From positions 1-35,243 of the forward strand of contig NIVC01004776.1 in NCBI GenBank assembly GCA_002269645.1: 35,243 bases of DNA, in the 5' to 3' direction. Every line of letters begins with the position of its first letter. The first letter of the stretch is position 1. Positions 31,465-35,243 of this stretch are shown here, piece after piece. The stretch is from Macrostomum lignano (Eukaryota). Position numbers and translations under genes: made by a program. Under the pieces are notes generated by a model, which was not told where the DNA came from, ran no database searches, and worked only from the letters and a program-made list of their open reading frames with translations.

Positions 31465-31660
31465 TTGTTTGTGCCGTTCGTTGCTAAGGACGCACTTTGT
31501 CTGTGCCGTTCGTTGCAAAGGACGCACTGTGTCTGTGCCGTTCGTTGCTAAGGACGCATTGTGTTTGTCCCGTTTGTTGCTAAGGAAAAATTGTGCCTGT
31601 GCCATCCGTTGCTAAGATCAGATTGCACCTGTGCTGTTTGTTTCTAAGGACACATTGTGC
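31465..31660. repeat. Degenerate 32-bp tandem repeat (GTCTGTGCCGTTCGTTGCTAAGGACGCACT..), ~6 copies
   Basis: gtgccgttcg at 31471, 31503 and 31535; later copies decay. Confidence 0.85.
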
Positions 31661-32686
31661 TGTCTACAAGTAGCTACGTACCTTTTAAAAGCAACAAGCT
31701 TAAGCAAGCAGTTCAAATCACCCATAGCAATTACAAAAAGCCGCTTTCTACAGAGCAGCGTCAATGTTTAGTCAGACAGAAATGTAATGACGCAAGCACC
31801 CGAAATGGTCGAGCTAAAATTAGCATTGCTGAGAAAGCGAGACAGACGGACAGTGAGAAGAAAATGACAGGTAAACAGGTTTCTCATGGAAAACAAAATC
31901 ACCGATCGTCCATCTGTTTTGGACAACAATTTTCATCAGCAAAAAATGTCAATAATAATACTGGAACAGATCGCGTTTTGATTGCTGCGTTCTAAATAAA
32001 AAAGAGAGCCGCCTCTAGTCCGAACGGAAGAGAAATGCGTAATTGCAACTGCTTGCTCTTATATACGAATAGATGATAAATAGGCAGCCATTTTATAGTT
32101 TGAGTCCATTTACTCAGATCTGCATCGCGCTGTCGTTGCTGCCTCGGGTAAAAAAAACTAGGGAGAAGTAGTGCGTGCTTGTTTTTTACTGCGTCGATGA
32201 GTAGCTATGAGCGGTTGGGATGCGAGAGTGCAGATGGATGCAGGGCGCGCTGTAATTATTGAGGGAAAACCTGCATCCACCCATGGGTATTAATGAGATG
32301 CTTTTTCTTTCTCAGTCAGGCTCTGCCAGAGGTAAAGGGTTAAATGTAATATTCAGGACGGTGCACGGTAGCCGGGCGTGATCGACAGGTAGACAGACCA
32401 ACGACCCCCAGTCGGTCACGGCATCTTTGCGTGATTTCATGCATGCCACTACATTCTGTCCGCTTTTTGTCCAATATTACCGAATAAGCAAAGTACAATA
32501 AACGGATTCACTATCATGCCAGACTCGCGTGATACTGTAATCCATGCTACCAGATCACCTGTGTTGAAAATTGCTAACTAAACTAAAAACCTGAACACGC
32601 AGCCAATGCGTGATAAAAATGGTTAAATAGGCGAGAGTAATAATGATTGGCAGGTAATCATTCCCCTTGGCTTGCTTACCTTTCTC

Positions 32687-32703
32687 GGGGGGGGGGGGGG
32701 GGG
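32687..32703. repeat. Poly-G run (G17)
   Basis: Seen directly. Confidence 0.9.
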
Positions 32704-33604
32704 TTGGTTGATTTCCCTTTCGGGTAAATGAAGCTCAGCAAAAATTGTACCCATCTTCTCCCCCTGACTTTCTCTCCCAGACTGTCAGCCAAACAGCACC
32801 CCAGAGCACCCTTGGATGAGTGCTTGAGCACTTGAATGAGTTGATGACTGGATCGTGCTACATTTTAACGCTGATCGGTTCAGCGTTGACCAAAGCCGTG
32901 TGCATTCGGCCTTGTTGACAGTGCGCCGTGGTTTTAGGGGATGAGATGTGAGGTGCCCGCGTTATTAATCATCCCCTAATGCAGAAGAGACAGAGAGGGA
33001 AATTCAAACCCTGGATAGATGTCCCGCCTCATGATGCAGCTCGTCTAGTTGCGAGTCATACAAACATTAAGCTGGGTAAGCTCCATCCGGACATATTGAA
33101 CTTTCTGCTCCATCATAACCAAGTTTGATATTAATAAATTACTGGTAATCTATCTAGACTGTAAAAAGGTCAAAAGCTACATGCAGTTTATTGAAAAATA
33201 TTATATTCCTTTCTTTGTTGCCGCCCCAGCGGGGGAGGGCGCAGATTGCTAGTAGCTATTCTAAGGGTTCAACAGAAGATCTTTAACACAGCGCAGCAGT
33301 TGAGAATCAAAAATTTTTATTAAAAAAAGAATTAATTTGATTTTATCCGCGCCAGATCAGGCAGAAGCTGGTCTTCCCGCATCCGACCCTGAGTCTCCTA
33401 AGCGTCAGTCCGTCTGCAAAGCCGAATTAGAAATAAGACTGAAGCGAGACGGGGGGGCGCTTCGGATTGGCTGATCGCGTCTCCCCTTCCTACTGCCGCT
33501 CTGTAGCAGATTATAAATACGGGAAAGTCCAGAATGCGCCGCACGCTAAACTATTGCAGCTTCTTCTTTGCGTTGATTTTTCAGTCTGGAAGCAGCAAGC
33601 CACG

Positions 33605-33616
33605 ATGCAACAACAA

Positions 33617-33649
<33 letters not shown>

Positions 33650-35243
33650 TATCCGACACTGGCCTCCGCAGCCGGAGTCGTGGCCGCCAATTTCCTGGCC
33701 GTGCCGGGAGTTCCCCGGTCCCAGTCGCGCCCGGACTCGATTCCAAACTCGCCGAGCCGGCCGGCGTGCGCTCGCTCGGCCCCGAAGGACCTCGGCTCCG
33801 GCAAGGCGGCGCGCTTCAACTGCGGCGGCTTCGTGGCCTCGTCCGAGTGCCTGGCCGAGGCTGAAGGCAGGGCGAAGCCGGCCTCGCTGCCAGATCGGGC
33901 GTCGCCTCTGGCTCGATTCCGCCGCAGCGGCAGCGGCGGCTCCTCTCAGAAGCAGCAAAGCGGCAGCCGGCTGAACTTCATCAAACGCTTCAAACGATTC
34001 AACAGCAACAAGAACGTCGAGGACTGGAGCTCGGAGACCTATCGCTCGGCCACCATCCTGGACGACGCCAATCGCCTCTACGAAGCTGTCGAAGCCGACG
34101 ACGCCGTTTCCGTGGCCGACATCCTCGGCCGGCGGCCAGTGCTGAAGAACTGCATCAACGATCTGCAGCTCAGCCCGCTGGACATGGCGCTGATCCGCGA
34201 CCGGCACCGAGTCGCTCAGCTGCTGTCCAGCCAGGACGCCGTCTGCAACCCTCGCCTCATTGGCGGCATGGAGAGACACCTGGTGGACATCGCGCACCGC
34301 CTGGCGGAGGAGATCGTGAGCACCTCGGCCAAGCTGCTTAGCCGGTCGTCGGCCAGCAGCCAGGACACTGAGGAGGAGCTGGACAGCCTCGATCAGACGC
34401 ACCGCTTGGCCCAGCAGCTGCTCACCGATCTTCGCCAGTCGCCGCCGACGCCACCTCCGGCCAGAGTCAGCTTGGAGGTGTCCGGCGCCGAGTCGCTCAA
34501 AGTGACGGTGGCTGCGCCGTCAAGTTGGGTAGCGCTGCGCTATCGCATCGACTGGTCTGAGTCACCCGAATTCTCCAGTTTGCTAGGCAGCCGCGAGGCC
34601 GAAGCTCGGACGCCTCGGTCGGCATTCCAAATCCAGCGGCTGGTGCCCGGCCGGCCAGTTTTTGTCCGAGTCGCCGCCTACTGTCACGCCGGCTGGGGCA
34701 CAGCACGCGTCTCCGAGCCTGCCTCGTTGGTGCCGTCGGCTTGGTGGCAGGCGCCGCGGATGCTCAGCGCCTCCGCCTACGCCGCCGGGTGACCAGGTGA
34801 CCAGCTTGCGGACCGGCTTCGCTGACGAGCTGGCGGCCTGGCTGCACAGCAAGCAGGAGCAGCAGTCGCCTCAGCGGCAGCGGCAACGACAGCAGAATCA
34901 GCAAGAGGGGTGCAGCATTGCAGAGTGCAGCAGGCCGCCAGGAGCAAGTCGCCTCTGCGCAAGAGAACCAGCCTGCACCGGCTGTTCTCCGGCGGCGGCA
35001 GCGGTAGCAGCAGCAGCGACGGCGGCAGTGGCAGCGGCGGCGGCAGGCAAGCGTCTCTGGCGGCTCTGGCTCCGGCAACGACTTGTCGCGGCGACATCGT
35101 CCGCCGACCAAAGACAGGCCTCTTCGTCACAGCCCTGCTGCACACTGCCGATCGGGTCCTGCTGCTCGATGACGCCCTGCCGCACGCCCAGGCCGAGACT
35201 GAGCTGAGCCCGCACGATGAACCTCACGGCCGACCTGGCCTGG
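33605..35243 (+). CDS. ANKFN1: Ankyrin repeat and fibronectin type III domain protein (ANKFN1 / wide awake-like), 3'-partial, with apparent frameshifts after 34789
   Basis: LYEAVEADDAVSV...LSPLDMALI (ankyrin); PPARVSLEVSGAESLKVT...RYRIDWSESPEFS...RVAAYCHAGWG...VPSAW (FN3) match ANKFN1. Homology resumes downstream (TSLHRLFS; KTGLFVTALLHTADRVLL; LTADLAW). ATG at 33605 follows a ttttcAG acceptor at 33584. Confidence 0.85.

Noticed and set aside
33467-33604. Non-ATG start of the ANKFN1 ORF given by the ORF track
   Set aside because: Eukaryotic gene; a pyrimidine tract plus AG at 33584 and ATG at 33605 give a better start.
3202-35243. TULP4, SNAP-like, TTLL4 and ANKFN1 as a co-regulated cilia/trafficking cluster
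   Set aside because: Shared theme is loose, orientations differ, and neighbourhood alone is weak evidence in an animal genome; needs synteny and co-expression data.

Overview
Eukaryotic (animal) genomic window. GC-rich, poly-Ala/poly-Gln coding exons, short GT-AG introns and dense minisatellites resemble a free-living flatworm such as Macrostomum (inference from style only). Host genes: TULP4 (minus, 3 coding exons, ~916 aa); two tandem, strongly diverged alpha-SNAP-like genes (plus), each with an unrelated insert at the same loop; TTLL4-like tubulin glutamylase (plus, 5 coding exons, ~908 aa); ANKFN1/wide-awake-like gene (plus, runs off the right edge, three apparent homopolymer frameshifts). 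Mobile DNA: a tRNA-derived CORE-type SINE with a 10-bp TSD; a composite of two different Penelope-like elements in TULP4 intron 2 with three hammerhead ribozyme motifs and a 313-bp inverted repeat; a decayed Chapaev/Transib-like transposase inside a sharply bounded CpG-depleted, CTAG/TAGGCCTA-rich domain; a 161-bp MITE. Six minisatellites (14, 40, 41, 24, 15 and 32 bp units). All alignments and counts were done by eye and family assignments rest on recalled motifs, not database searches.
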